Origin: Waddlia chondrophila WSU 86-1044
Lineage (GTDB): Bacteria; Chlamydiota; Chlamydiia; Chlamydiales; CAMCWV01
NCBI GenBank assembly: GCA_945882915.1
Contig: CAMCWV010000009.1
Coordinates: 4,735 to 68,734 of the forward strand
DNA length: 64,000 bases
Reading direction: 5' to 3'
Positions 31,623 through 40,094 of the stretch are shown here, piece by piece. A model generated the notes under the pieces. It was not told the origin of the DNA and made no database searches. It saw only the letters and a list, made by a program, of their open reading frames with translations. The translations under genes were made by a program, and so were the position numbers. The stretch's first letter is position 1, and each line of letters begins with the position of its first letter.

Positions 31623-32685
31623 AAACTCTTTTGTTTGCGATCGCTTTAACAACTAACTCTTTGTCGACGCCTCTCCTTACTTCGGCCTGTCCAATAGAAG
31701 AGCAAAGGACAAAGGTAAGGGAGTCGCTGCTTGCCTTTTTGTCTTTATGCATGAAGGTCAAAAGCTCATCAGTAGAGACATCGGGGAGCTTTGTGGGGAG
31801 GCCTGCAGATTTACAAAGGGCGTCTTGTCTTTCGATAAAACCAGGTGAAGCTAGCCCTAGAAGGGTGCTTAAATGGGCAGCGCAGCTCATCCCGATAGAA
31901 ACGGCCTCTCCGTGGAGAAACCTGCTATGCCCTGTTGCAGATTCAATGGCGTGCCCAAAGGTGTGCCCATAGTTTAGCAGGGCTCTGATGTCTTTAGTGT
32001 CTCTTTCGTCAGCCTTCACAACTTCTAGTTTGATTGCGCAGGTGTCCTGAATCACCCTCTCAATCTTTTCTTGATCCAATGCCCGGATAGTTTGCATGTG
32101 CTCTTCTAAAAATGCAAATAGTAAGGAGTTTTTGATCGTGGCTGATTTGATAACTTCGGCAAGGCCGGCGGTGATTTCTCTGGCCGGTAGGGTGTTTAAA
32201 AATAGAGGGTCGATGAGGATGAGGCGCGGTTGCCAGAAGCTGCCGATAATGTTTTTTCCTGATTGGAGGTTGATGCCGTTTTTTCCACCTAACCCGCTGT
32301 CAATCATTGAGAGGAGCGTTGTTGGAATCATAATAAGATCAAGCCCACGCATGTAGGTGGAGGCTACAAAGCCTGCGAGATCACCTACGGTGCCGCCGCC
32401 AAGGGCGATGACGACAGAGTGTCTGTCGATCCCATAGGTGTGCATAGATTCCCAACAATATTTCGCATTCTCAAGGCTTTTGGCTGTTTCTCCGGCAGGG
32501 ACAATAATGGGATGAATGCCTATCTGACATTTTTTTAACTGCAGAGTGATTTGCTCGCCAAAGCTGGCGAAGACTGTCTCTGTAGAAATGATTACAGCTT
32601 TGGAATAAGAGCGTTTTAGCGAGTGAATATATTCACTTAAAGAATCTAGCGAATGTCTTTTGACGATAGGAGCTTGTATTTGCAT
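31609..32685 (-). CDS. aroB: 3-dehydroquinate synthase
   Basis: GGGTVGDLAGF, PTTLL, GGKNG and NYGHTFGHAIE motifs. Confidence 0.95.
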   Translation of the reverse strand: MQIQAPIVKRHSLDSLSEYIHSLKRSYSKAVIISTETVFASFGEQITLQLKKCQIGIHPIIVPAGETAKSLENAKYCWESMHTYGIDRHSVVIALGGGTVGDLAGFVASTYMRGLDLIMIPTTLLSMIDSGLGGKNGINLQSGKNIIGSFWQPRLILIDPLFLNTLPAREITAGLAEVIKSATIKNSLLFAFLEEHMQTIRALDQEKIERVIQDTCAIKLEVVKADERDTKDIRALLNYGHTFGHAIESATGHSRFLHGEAVSIGMSCAAHLSTLLGLASPGFIERQDALCKSAGLPTKLPDVSTDELLTFMHKDKKASSDSLTFVLCSSIGQAEVRRGVDKELVVKAIANKRVYDNK

Positions 32686-32747
32686 GGAAGTAACCTATCC
32701 AAAAAAGCTGGAATACTGCAAGAATCAAAAAATAAAGACATGTACAA

Positions 32748-32821
32748 GGTTTTATTGCATAATTGTAATTGCAGCCTGTAAGGCTGCTACTCTTAAGGGG
32801 CTGTAATTATGCAACAATGCC
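32748..32821. mobile_element. Family B MITE with a perfect 9-bp target duplication
   Basis: CATGTACAA at 32739-32747 and at 32822-32830 flanks GGTTTTATTGCATAAT...ATTATGCAACAATGCC. Confidence 0.9.
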
Positions 32822-32839
32822 CATGTACAACGGCTTGAC

Positions 32840-33736
32840 ATGACAGACATTTCTGATGATCAATTACTTGAGTTTAACCGGCAAGGGTTTGTCCCCGGTC
32901 CGGGTGAAGCGGATGCTTCTTTTTTAGACAGAGTTCGGCGCTGCCTCCATTTTTCTAATAACCTTTCAGAATACCTCAAGCGGGAGTCGTTTGACTTTCC
33001 TTTTAAAGAAGCAGACATCGTCCCTATTGAAGCGCGTCACAAGGCCATTTCTAAGGCGGCCCAGGCATTTGATGTCGATCCGCAATGGGTTCCTGCCTTT
33101 TACAGCAATAAGGGGCTGGCTCCCTGGCATGGAGGAGGCGCTTGGATTTTTTCAGATGATGAGGGACCGCTTGCTCTTTTTCAGCTCCGAGAATCTTTTC
33201 GTTATTCGCCGCGCTACTTAGGACTTTATGATGTAGACGAGATCTTTGCTCATGAGGCTGTGCATGTCGGCAGAATGGCTTTCGAAGAGCCTCGCTACGA
33301 GGAGATCTTTGCCTATAAGACGGCTAAATCAAAGGTGCGGCAGTGGCTAGGGCCTCTTGTGCAGTCTTCAACAGAAGCTCTTGTTTTTGTTTGCGTAATT
33401 CTTGTTTTAACAATGCTCGATGTGTGGCTGCTCTTTTCAGATTCGTTAAGTATTTTGAGCTTTGCTTTGTGGCTAAAGCTTGTTCCGGTGGGAATGATCT
33501 GTTTTGCCCTGCTGCGCCTTGCTTTTTTAAAGAGGGCTCTTGCCCGCAGCTTAAAGCGTTTGCGCGAAATTGTGATAAAGCCTTCGGCAGTTTTGCCTGT
33601 TGCTTACCGGCTCACGGACAAGGAGATTGGCTCTTTTTCTAGTATGTCTGCTAAAGAAATTAGTGCGTATGCCTTGCGAGAAAAGGGGCGTTCTCTTCGG
33701 TGGCGCCTCCTCTGCCTTGCCTATCTTAAACCTTGA
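32840..33736 (+). CDS. Conserved hypothetical membrane protein with HExxH motif
   Basis: 298-aa ORF; HEAVH motif; two C-terminal TM helices. Confidence 0.75.
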   Translation: MTDISDDQLLEFNRQGFVPGPGEADASFLDRVRRCLHFSNNLSEYLKRESFDFPFKEADIVPIEARHKAISKAAQAFDVDPQWVPAFYSNKGLAPWHGGGAWIFSDDEGPLALFQLRESFRYSPRYLGLYDVDEIFAHEAVHVGRMAFEEPRYEEIFAYKTAKSKVRQWLGPLVQSSTEALVFVCVILVLTMLDVWLLFSDSLSILSFALWLKLVPVGMICFALLRLAFLKRALARSLKRLREIVIKPSAVLPVAYRLTDKEIGSFSSMSAKEISAYALREKGRSLRWRLLCLAYLKP

Positions 33737-33755
33737 TATACTCCTCTTAGGTGAA
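33737..33755. repeat. Family A terminus remnant overlapping the rpoN stop codon
   Basis: TATACTCCTCTTAGGTGAA compared with consensus TATACTCCTCTTAGCTGAA. Confidence 0.7.
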
Positions 33756-35243
33756 GTGTTTGCGCTGAGAGGAGCTGCCGATATTAAGCTCTTGCCGGTA
33801 CTTAGAGACCGTTCTGCGTGCGCAGTGGACCCCTTTCTCTTCTATTTTATGAGAGAGAGCCTCGTCAGAAAGGGGATGTTTTTTATCCTCTGCTTTAACA
33901 ATTTCTAAGAGGATGTCTTTGACCGTGCGAGAGGAGATGTCTGCCCCTTCTTGGCTGGCATAAGCGTTTGTGAAAAAGGATCGAAGTGGGACGAGCCCTC
34001 GTGGGCAGGAGAGGTATTTGCTTGCGACAGCGCGTGCGATGGTCGACTCATGAAGCCCCAAAACACCTGCCACCGATTTCATCGTCATAGGAATAAGCTT
34101 TCCCTGAGGGCCAAGAAGGTGCTCCCTTTGTCTTTCAATCAGATGATTGGCGATTTTTAAAAGAGTTTCGCTTCGCTGGTGGAGGTTGCGCAAGAACCAC
34201 TTTCCAGAAATAACCTTCTGCTTAATGTACTCTTTGGTCTCAGGACTTAACGAATCATCTTCAAGCATCCGCAGGTATTTGCCATTAAAACGAAGAGAAG
34301 GGAGGCTTTCGTTATTGGCCTCGGCAATCAGATGGGCGCCATCTTGCCTGATAAGGACGTCTGCCGTAATTGACTGCACGGTTTGTTTTGAGTGCCAAGC
34401 GCCCGGACGAATGTCGAGCTTAGAGATATCTTCGTTAACAGCGTCTTGTATTTCTTGAGGTGTTGAGTGGAGGCCGTGAACAATTGCTGGGATCCGATGG
34501 TGGAGGAGGTCTTCGTAATGCTTATCAATAATTGCATAAGCAAGAGTATCTCCTTTTCCTAAGCAGGTAAGTTGTATAAGAAGCGCTTCGCGAAGATCGT
34601 GCGCTCCCACTCCAAAAGGTTCAAACGTTTGGATCTGCTTAAGGATTTCCTGAAGTTTCTTTTCATTTGTATGATGGAGGACGATGATCTCTTCAAAAGG
34701 AGTGGTGAAGTGGCCGCGTTCGTCAAGATTGCCGATAATTGCTTCAGCCAGGGCGTGTTCTTCTTTAGTTTCAAAGACCTCGCGGGCTTGTCTCATGAGG
34801 TGATCAAAAAGAGAAGGAACGTCTTCGAGGTTCCCTTCAAGGAAGGCTTTTTGTTTTTCTTCATCGGCTGTTCGTTTCGAGTAGTAGTTATCGCTTTCTG
34901 CAAAGTGATCGCGGAACTCATTGTCTAACTGACGCATAACTTCAAAGTCATGATCATCAAAATTGACTTCTTTTTCATGGGAAGGCTCAGATTCTTCTGC
35001 AAATTCTTTGGTGTCTTCAAGAATAGCCTCTTCGTTCTGGTTTGAGGGGGTATCATCTTCTTGAGCTTGTTCTAGAACGGGGTTTTGTTGAAGTTCCGCC
35101 TCTACTAAAGTAGAGAGTTCCATGATGGGAACTTGCAACAAATGGATCGCTTGTTGCATTTGAGGGGACATGATGAGGCGCTGTGTCTGTTTAAGGCTCT
35201 GTGTCTGCTTTTGTTTGAGCTGTAATGAGAGGGGGTGGGCCAT
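33747..35243 (-). CDS. rpoN: RNA polymerase sigma-54 factor
   Basis: Q-rich N-terminus, HESTIARAV and the RpoN box ARRTVSKYR. Confidence 0.96.
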   Translation of the reverse strand: MAHPLSLQLKQKQTQSLKQTQRLIMSPQMQQAIHLLQVPIMELSTLVEAELQQNPVLEQAQEDDTPSNQNEEAILEDTKEFAEESEPSHEKEVNFDDHDFEVMRQLDNEFRDHFAESDNYYSKRTADEEKQKAFLEGNLEDVPSLFDHLMRQAREVFETKEEHALAEAIIGNLDERGHFTTPFEEIIVLHHTNEKKLQEILKQIQTFEPFGVGAHDLREALLIQLTCLGKGDTLAYAIIDKHYEDLLHHRIPAIVHGLHSTPQEIQDAVNEDISKLDIRPGAWHSKQTVQSITADVLIRQDGAHLIAEANNESLPSLRFNGKYLRMLEDDSLSPETKEYIKQKVISGKWFLRNLHQRSETLLKIANHLIERQREHLLGPQGKLIPMTMKSVAGVLGLHESTIARAVASKYLSCPRGLVPLRSFFTNAYASQEGADISSRTVKDILLEIVKAEDKKHPLSDEALSHKIEEKGVHCARRTVSKYRQELNIGSSSQRKHFT

Positions 35244-35248
35244 TTGGG

Positions 35249-35413
35249 TATACTCCTCGTAGTTGAAAATGGGAATTTGGACTAGCGCGAAAGCTCCCGC
35301 GGCTGAACGATCGTAAGTGCCTTAGTATTAGAAATACAACGGGCACTTGCGATCGTTCAGCCGCGGGAGCTTTCGCGTCGTCCAAGTTCCCATTTTCAGC
35401 TACGAGGAGTATA
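35249..35413. mobile_element. Family A MITE with cargo type 1, directly upstream of rpoN
   Basis: Long IR arms; on the minus strand it reads GAGGAGTATACCCAAATG into rpoN. Confidence 0.92.
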
Positions 35414-35550
35414 CCTCCTACTCCCTCGTTATATTCCCCCTCTCTTACATAGTAAACTTAATATTTTATTTTTATCTGACTCCCCACTTCCTTTTTCATT
35501 CTTTATCGGGTATCCTTCACCCTTTATTTCGTTTAGAGCACTTCCGGGTC

Positions 35551-35583
35551 AGCCCGAATTCTCATTTTCAGCCAAGAGGAATA
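35551..35583. repeat. Eroded family A right arm forming the mutL RBS
   Basis: AGCCCGAATTCTCATTTTCAGCCAAGAGGAATA, followed by TG. Confidence 0.75.
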
Positions 35584-37469
35584 TGGCGACTAAAATACGT
35601 GTTCTTCCAGATCAGGCAATCAATCAGATCGCCGCCGGAGAGGTGGTCGAAAATTCTGCATCGGTAGTCAAGGAGCTTGTCGAAAATGCATTAGATGCAG
35701 GCGCCACCGACATCCATGTCGAAGTGAAAGCGGGCGGGCGCCATCTTATCCGTGTTGTCGATAATGGATGCGGAATGGTTCCTGACGATGCCCTTCTTTG
35801 TCTTGAAAGGCATGCAACATCAAAGATCCGAAGTGCTGATGATCTCAATCAGCTCAGTACCATGGGTTTCCGTGGTGAGGCTCTCCCTTCAATTGCTGCG
35901 GTTTCTAAGTTTACCCTTCTTACAGCGCCTGCTAAAGGAGAGGCTACAATCGTCGTTATTGAAGGTGGCCGCATCATGCACAGCGGAGCCAGTAGCCGCT
36001 CACAAGGAACGACAATCGAGGTGAAGAGCCTCTTCTTTAACGTCCCTGTAAGGAAGAAGTTTCTCCGCTCTGTTGCTTACGACACTGCTGAAGTTGATAA
36101 GATGATGAGCCAGTTAGCGCTAGCTAATCCTAAAGTTAAGTTTCAGCTTGTCAGCGACCAGAAGATTCTTTTGAATGCGACGTCAGCGGCTGCCTTCTCA
36201 GATGAAGAGGGGCTCGCTGTCCGGATTGCTGATGTTCTAGGTTCTGATTTTTTTTCCTCTTTGGCCCCTGTTTCTTTTTCTCAAGAGCCTTTCCAAATTT
36301 CTGGATTTATTGGCTCCCCCACATGCACCCGCTCTAATCGGACGGGGCAATCTATTTTTATCAATCGACGCCCAGTGATCTGTCCTCTTGTCTCTGTTGC
36401 TGTAAACGATGGGTATGGATCCTGTTTGCAGTCACAGCGGTTTCCTGTTTTTGTATTGCACATTACCATTCCTGGAGACTGGGTGGATGTGAATGTTCAT
36501 CCTCAGAAGCGTGAAGTGCGCCTGCGTGAAGAGCTGCTATTTAAGCAGCTAGTTGCCAGAGCTGTTGAAAAGGCTTTGCAGCGAAGTGGAGCCCACAGCT
36601 TGATTTCTAGCAGTAGCGCAGATGAGGCAGAGCAAGATCTTCCTATTGAAGAGACCTCCTCAGTAAGAGCCCCTTTTGTTATACCTGAGGCATTTGCTCA
36701 TTTAGTCATGGAGCCTGCAGAAAAAGTTCCGTATATGCGTGGGCGCGACTTTTCGTTTTCGGCCAGGTCTGAATCGCGCGCTGAACAAAGAGAATTCTCC
36801 AAGTTGCCTGAGGCCGACCTTTTTTCTGCCTCTAGTAAAAATGCTTGCTTGCCGCGCGTTCTTGGGGTTTCTGGTGTTCATATTATCGCAGAGGCTTCTG
36901 GTTTAGAGACAAGTGGAGGCGTTTCTGGTTTTCAAAAAGGACGAGAGGGGTGGGTGTTTATTGATGTTCGGGCCGCCGGCGCGCGCGTCCTCTTTGAGCA
37001 GCTCATTCGGCAGAGCAAGGCTTTGACTTTAGAAACTGAAACAATGCAAACACTTCTTCTTCCGATTACTTTAGAGTTTTCGACTGCAGAAACGTTGCTT
37101 GTGATGAGTTCTCTTGAAGAGCTAAACCGAATGGGACTCGGGATTCGCTCGCTTGGGAAAAGTAGTTTTATTGTGGACGCTTTGACGCCGCTGCTCGATG
37201 GTGTCGATGTAGCTAGTTTAATCAGAGAGATCATTCAAGAGCTGCGCCATGCAAAAGGAGGGCAGCTGATAACAAAAGAAAAAGAGCGTTTAATTGCTGT
37301 TCAGGCCTGTAGGCAAGCCGTTTTGAGAGGGGATAAGTATTCGCGTGAAAGAGCTCAAGCTCTTGTGGAAGCTCTCTTAGAGTGCCAGTCTCCTTTTCAG
37401 TGCCCCCAGGGAATGCCCACAATGATTTTTGTTTCTCAGTCCGAAATTTTTAAGCGCTTCGAATCCTAG
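35583..37469 (+). CDS. mutL: DNA mismatch repair protein MutL
   Basis: IAAGEVVE, KELVENALDAG, GFRGEAL and DVNVHPQK motifs. Confidence 0.95.
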   Translation: MATKIRVLPDQAINQIAAGEVVENSASVVKELVENALDAGATDIHVEVKAGGRHLIRVVDNGCGMVPDDALLCLERHATSKIRSADDLNQLSTMGFRGEALPSIAAVSKFTLLTAPAKGEATIVVIEGGRIMHSGASSRSQGTTIEVKSLFFNVPVRKKFLRSVAYDTAEVDKMMSQLALANPKVKFQLVSDQKILLNATSAAAFSDEEGLAVRIADVLGSDFFSSLAPVSFSQEPFQISGFIGSPTCTRSNRTGQSIFINRRPVICPLVSVAVNDGYGSCLQSQRFPVFVLHITIPGDWVDVNVHPQKREVRLREELLFKQLVARAVEKALQRSGAHSLISSSSADEAEQDLPIEETSSVRAPFVIPEAFAHLVMEPAEKVPYMRGRDFSFSARSESRAEQREFSKLPEADLFSASSKNACLPRVLGVSGVHIIAEASGLETSGGVSGFQKGREGWVFIDVRAAGARVLFEQLIRQSKALTLETETMQTLLLPITLEFSTAETLLVMSSLEELNRMGLGIRSLGKSSFIVDALTPLLDGVDVASLIREIIQELRHAKGGQLITKEKERLIAVQACRQAVLRGDKYSRERAQALVEALLECQSPFQCPQGMPTMIFVSQSEIFKRFES

Positions 37470-37501
37470 AGTTTCAAACTTATTTAAAAAAATGTAGGCT
37501 T

Positions 37502-38611
37502 ATGCCATTTTTAAAGCGATTAGAGGGTCTTCAGGCCCTCTTGAAAGCAAGTCATGTAGACGCTTGCGTTGTAGAGGCCTCTACAGACTTGTTTTATTTG
37601 ACGGGCATATTAATAAGCACCGGACGTTTGATTGTCCATGCTAATGGCGCGCGTCTTTTTGTCGATGGGCGTTATATCGAAGTTTGCAATCAACGCTCTC
37701 CATTTCCTGTTTCACTTGTTCCTAAAGAGAGCATTGCAGAGTTTCTTGCTCAAATGGGGATAACGGGCCCCTGTTTCTTAGCATTTGATAGTCAGCAGAC
37801 AACTTATGCAGCTTATCTTGATTTATGCAGCCTCCTCGAAAAAGCAGGCTCTTTTTCTTCAGGCGCTTCTCGTTGGACGGCCGGTCCACTTGATAATTTC
37901 ATGAGAAAATTACGAGGGATTAAAGACGACGGAGAGATTTCTTTACTTCGTCATGCGGCAGCTCTTTCTATGGAAGGGTTTCACTATGCGAGCTCTTTGC
38001 TGAAAGAAGGGATTTCTGAGCGGGAGATTGCTAGAGAATTAGAGGTTTTTTGGCTTTTGCGCGGCGGAGAGAAGGTGAGCTTCGAGCTCAACATTTCATT
38101 TGGTCCCCATAGCGCAATGCCTCATCACAGAGCTGGAGATTCTCGTTTAACTAAAGGGCAGATTGTTCTTATGGACATTGGAGTGGTACTCAATCGTTAT
38201 CATTCCGATATGACGCGCGTTTTGTTTTTTGGAGAGTCAGAAGGGTCGCCTCCAGACCAGACTTTGAAGGAAATTTATAAAATCGTAGAACACGCCAAGC
38301 AAGCCTCACTTGCCCTTTGCCGTCCTGGCGTTTTTATTGGAGAGGTTGACGCTGCCGCGCGCAAGTCTATTGTAGAAGCAGGTTACGGGGAGTTTTTTAC
38401 GCACGGATTGGGACATGGGATTGGGTTAGAGACTCACGAGTGGCCAGGTGTTAATCCGAGATCCCCTTACAAAGAGACCCCGCTTGCTCCGGGGATGGTC
38501 ATTACAATTGAGCCAGGAATTTATTTGCCTGGGCTTGGCGGCGTCCGCCTCGAAGACACAATAGCCATCACCTCCACCGGCTACGAAAACCTGACAACGC
38601 AAGAATCATGA
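37502..38611 (+). CDS. pepP: Xaa-Pro aminopeptidase (M24)
   Basis: SDMTR, HGLGHGIG, TIEPGIY and GVRLED motifs. Confidence 0.9.
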   Translation: MPFLKRLEGLQALLKASHVDACVVEASTDLFYLTGILISTGRLIVHANGARLFVDGRYIEVCNQRSPFPVSLVPKESIAEFLAQMGITGPCFLAFDSQQTTYAAYLDLCSLLEKAGSFSSGASRWTAGPLDNFMRKLRGIKDDGEISLLRHAAALSMEGFHYASSLLKEGISEREIARELEVFWLLRGGEKVSFELNISFGPHSAMPHHRAGDSRLTKGQIVLMDIGVVLNRYHSDMTRVLFFGESEGSPPDQTLKEIYKIVEHAKQASLALCRPGVFIGEVDAAARKSIVEAGYGEFFTHGLGHGIGLETHEWPGVNPRSPYKETPLAPGMVITIEPGIYLPGLGGVRLEDTIAITSTGYENLTTQES

Positions 38612-38635
38612 TTTTTCACCTGGAAGCTTCAAAAT

Positions 38636-38680
38636 AAGCAATTTGTCTTTAGTGAAATCCCAGACCGTTCCGGTCTGGTT
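38636..38680. repeat. Family E hairpin element
   Basis: AAGCAATTTGTCTTTAGTG followed by CCAGACCGTTCCGGTCTGG; second copy at 47558. Confidence 0.75.
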
Positions 38681-38681
38681 A

Positions 38682-38751
38682 TATACTCCTCGTAGCTGAA
38701 AACGGGAATTTGGGCTAGCCCAAATTCCCGTTTTCAGCTACGAGGAGTATA
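38682..38751. mobile_element. Family A MITE, perfect 70-bp palindrome
   Basis: 35-bp arms with no loop and no mismatch. Confidence 0.95.
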
Positions 38752-38836
38752 TTCTTGGAAATTTGATTTGATTGAAAAATTTGGTACATGTTGCTAGGTT
38801 GCGGTTCATACCTAAGTTTTTAAGAGCCTGGCAAGA

Positions 38837-39862
38837 ATGAATTCAACTCATCCACAGCTGAGAGACTATCACGGCAGTACGAGTCAGATTAATACGATCG
38901 CTTTGATTCTCATCGCTATCTTTTTAATTGGGCTGGTCATTTCCTATTTCCTTTGGCTTTATTACGGATGGCTTAAATTTAACCAAATCTGTACCTCTTC
39001 AAAGTTAAGCGGAGAAGAGGTCGGGGCTCTTCGTAGCTGGGTTAGACTATTTAAGGTTAAACGGCCCATCGATTTATTTACCCACCTCCCAAAGTTTGAC
39101 GAATTTGTCAGCAAAATTGCTCATGAATGTGAATTTCGTTCCATGAGCGAAGAAGAGGGGCGGTCCCTTTCGACTGTTTTTAGCAGCATTCGGGGCAAAC
39201 TGAACTTTGGACACGCCTTCCAAGCCGGCAAGGTGCTCTCTTCCAGGGCCCTTCCTGTAGATTACAAGGTAAACATCTCTTTTAAGGATCAAAGCGGCGT
39301 GGCGGTCTCATTTGCATCGCAAGTAGTGGCGAGTGAAGAGCTGTTTCTTACCATTGCGCCTCCCCCAAGTCGTGATATTGAAAAGCAGATTCTTTCGATA
39401 AAGAAAGCTGCAATAGAAATTAATTTTACCAGAAACAAAGATGCGGAATACAACTTTCTTTCCAATATGATTTACATAGAAGAAAAAACACGGTACTGGC
39501 GGGTGCGCCATTCCGATAGACTTATGTCAAACCCCCTTCCTCCTACAGTTCACATCCCCGGGACTATCTTGTATACCGTGGATGAAGGGAGCGATAAAAC
39601 CCTTGAAGAGAGAGTGACCATCAAACTTCTCTACAATCAAGGGTGTACGTTTTTGGCCCAACTTGTCCCTCATCCCCTTCCGGATGATTCGCAGGTGGTT
39701 ATTAACTTCAAGGTAGAAGGGAGGCTCCTTTCTTGCCAGGGAATGATTACGCATAGCAAGAGCTGGAAAGGAAGTCTTGTTTACACGATGGTATTTGAGC
39801 ATGTGCCTGAAGAGACAAAAGCTTTACTGCTTAAATCTTTAATAAGGACTTCTCCCCAGTAA
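38837..39862 (+). CDS. Membrane-anchored YcgR/PilZ-like protein with degenerate c-di-GMP motifs
   Basis: N-terminal TM; FTRNKDAEYNF and HSDRL segments resemble TM-YcgR-PilZ proteins; lacks RxxxR and DxSxxG. Confidence 0.5.
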   Translation: MNSTHPQLRDYHGSTSQINTIALILIAIFLIGLVISYFLWLYYGWLKFNQICTSSKLSGEEVGALRSWVRLFKVKRPIDLFTHLPKFDEFVSKIAHECEFRSMSEEEGRSLSTVFSSIRGKLNFGHAFQAGKVLSSRALPVDYKVNISFKDQSGVAVSFASQVVASEELFLTIAPPPSRDIEKQILSIKKAAIEINFTRNKDAEYNFLSNMIYIEEKTRYWRVRHSDRLMSNPLPPTVHIPGTILYTVDEGSDKTLEERVTIKLLYNQGCTFLAQLVPHPLPDDSQVVINFKVEGRLLSCQGMITHSKSWKGSLVYTMVFEHVPEETKALLLKSLIRTSPQ

Positions 39863-40094
39863 AATAATCCCTTCCTAAAGGAAGAAGCTTTATGTTTCAC
39901 AACCCCTTACGGGCAGAACATTTCGGGCCTATTTACTGAGGCCCCACCTGGCAGATTTAAGCCTTCTGGGTTAAATTGCGAGTCCAAAGACTCTAACCGT
40001 TTCTCGACTAAGCGAATGTCTTGGCTGAGAACAAGACATAGGAGCGGTATTTCCTCCCAGAGCTAAAGCACTGGGTTCACATGCCGAAGATAGG

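Noticed and set aside
38781-38796. Sigma-54 promoter TTGGTACATGTTGCT
   Set aside because: GG-to-GC spacing is 8 nt rather than the required 10.
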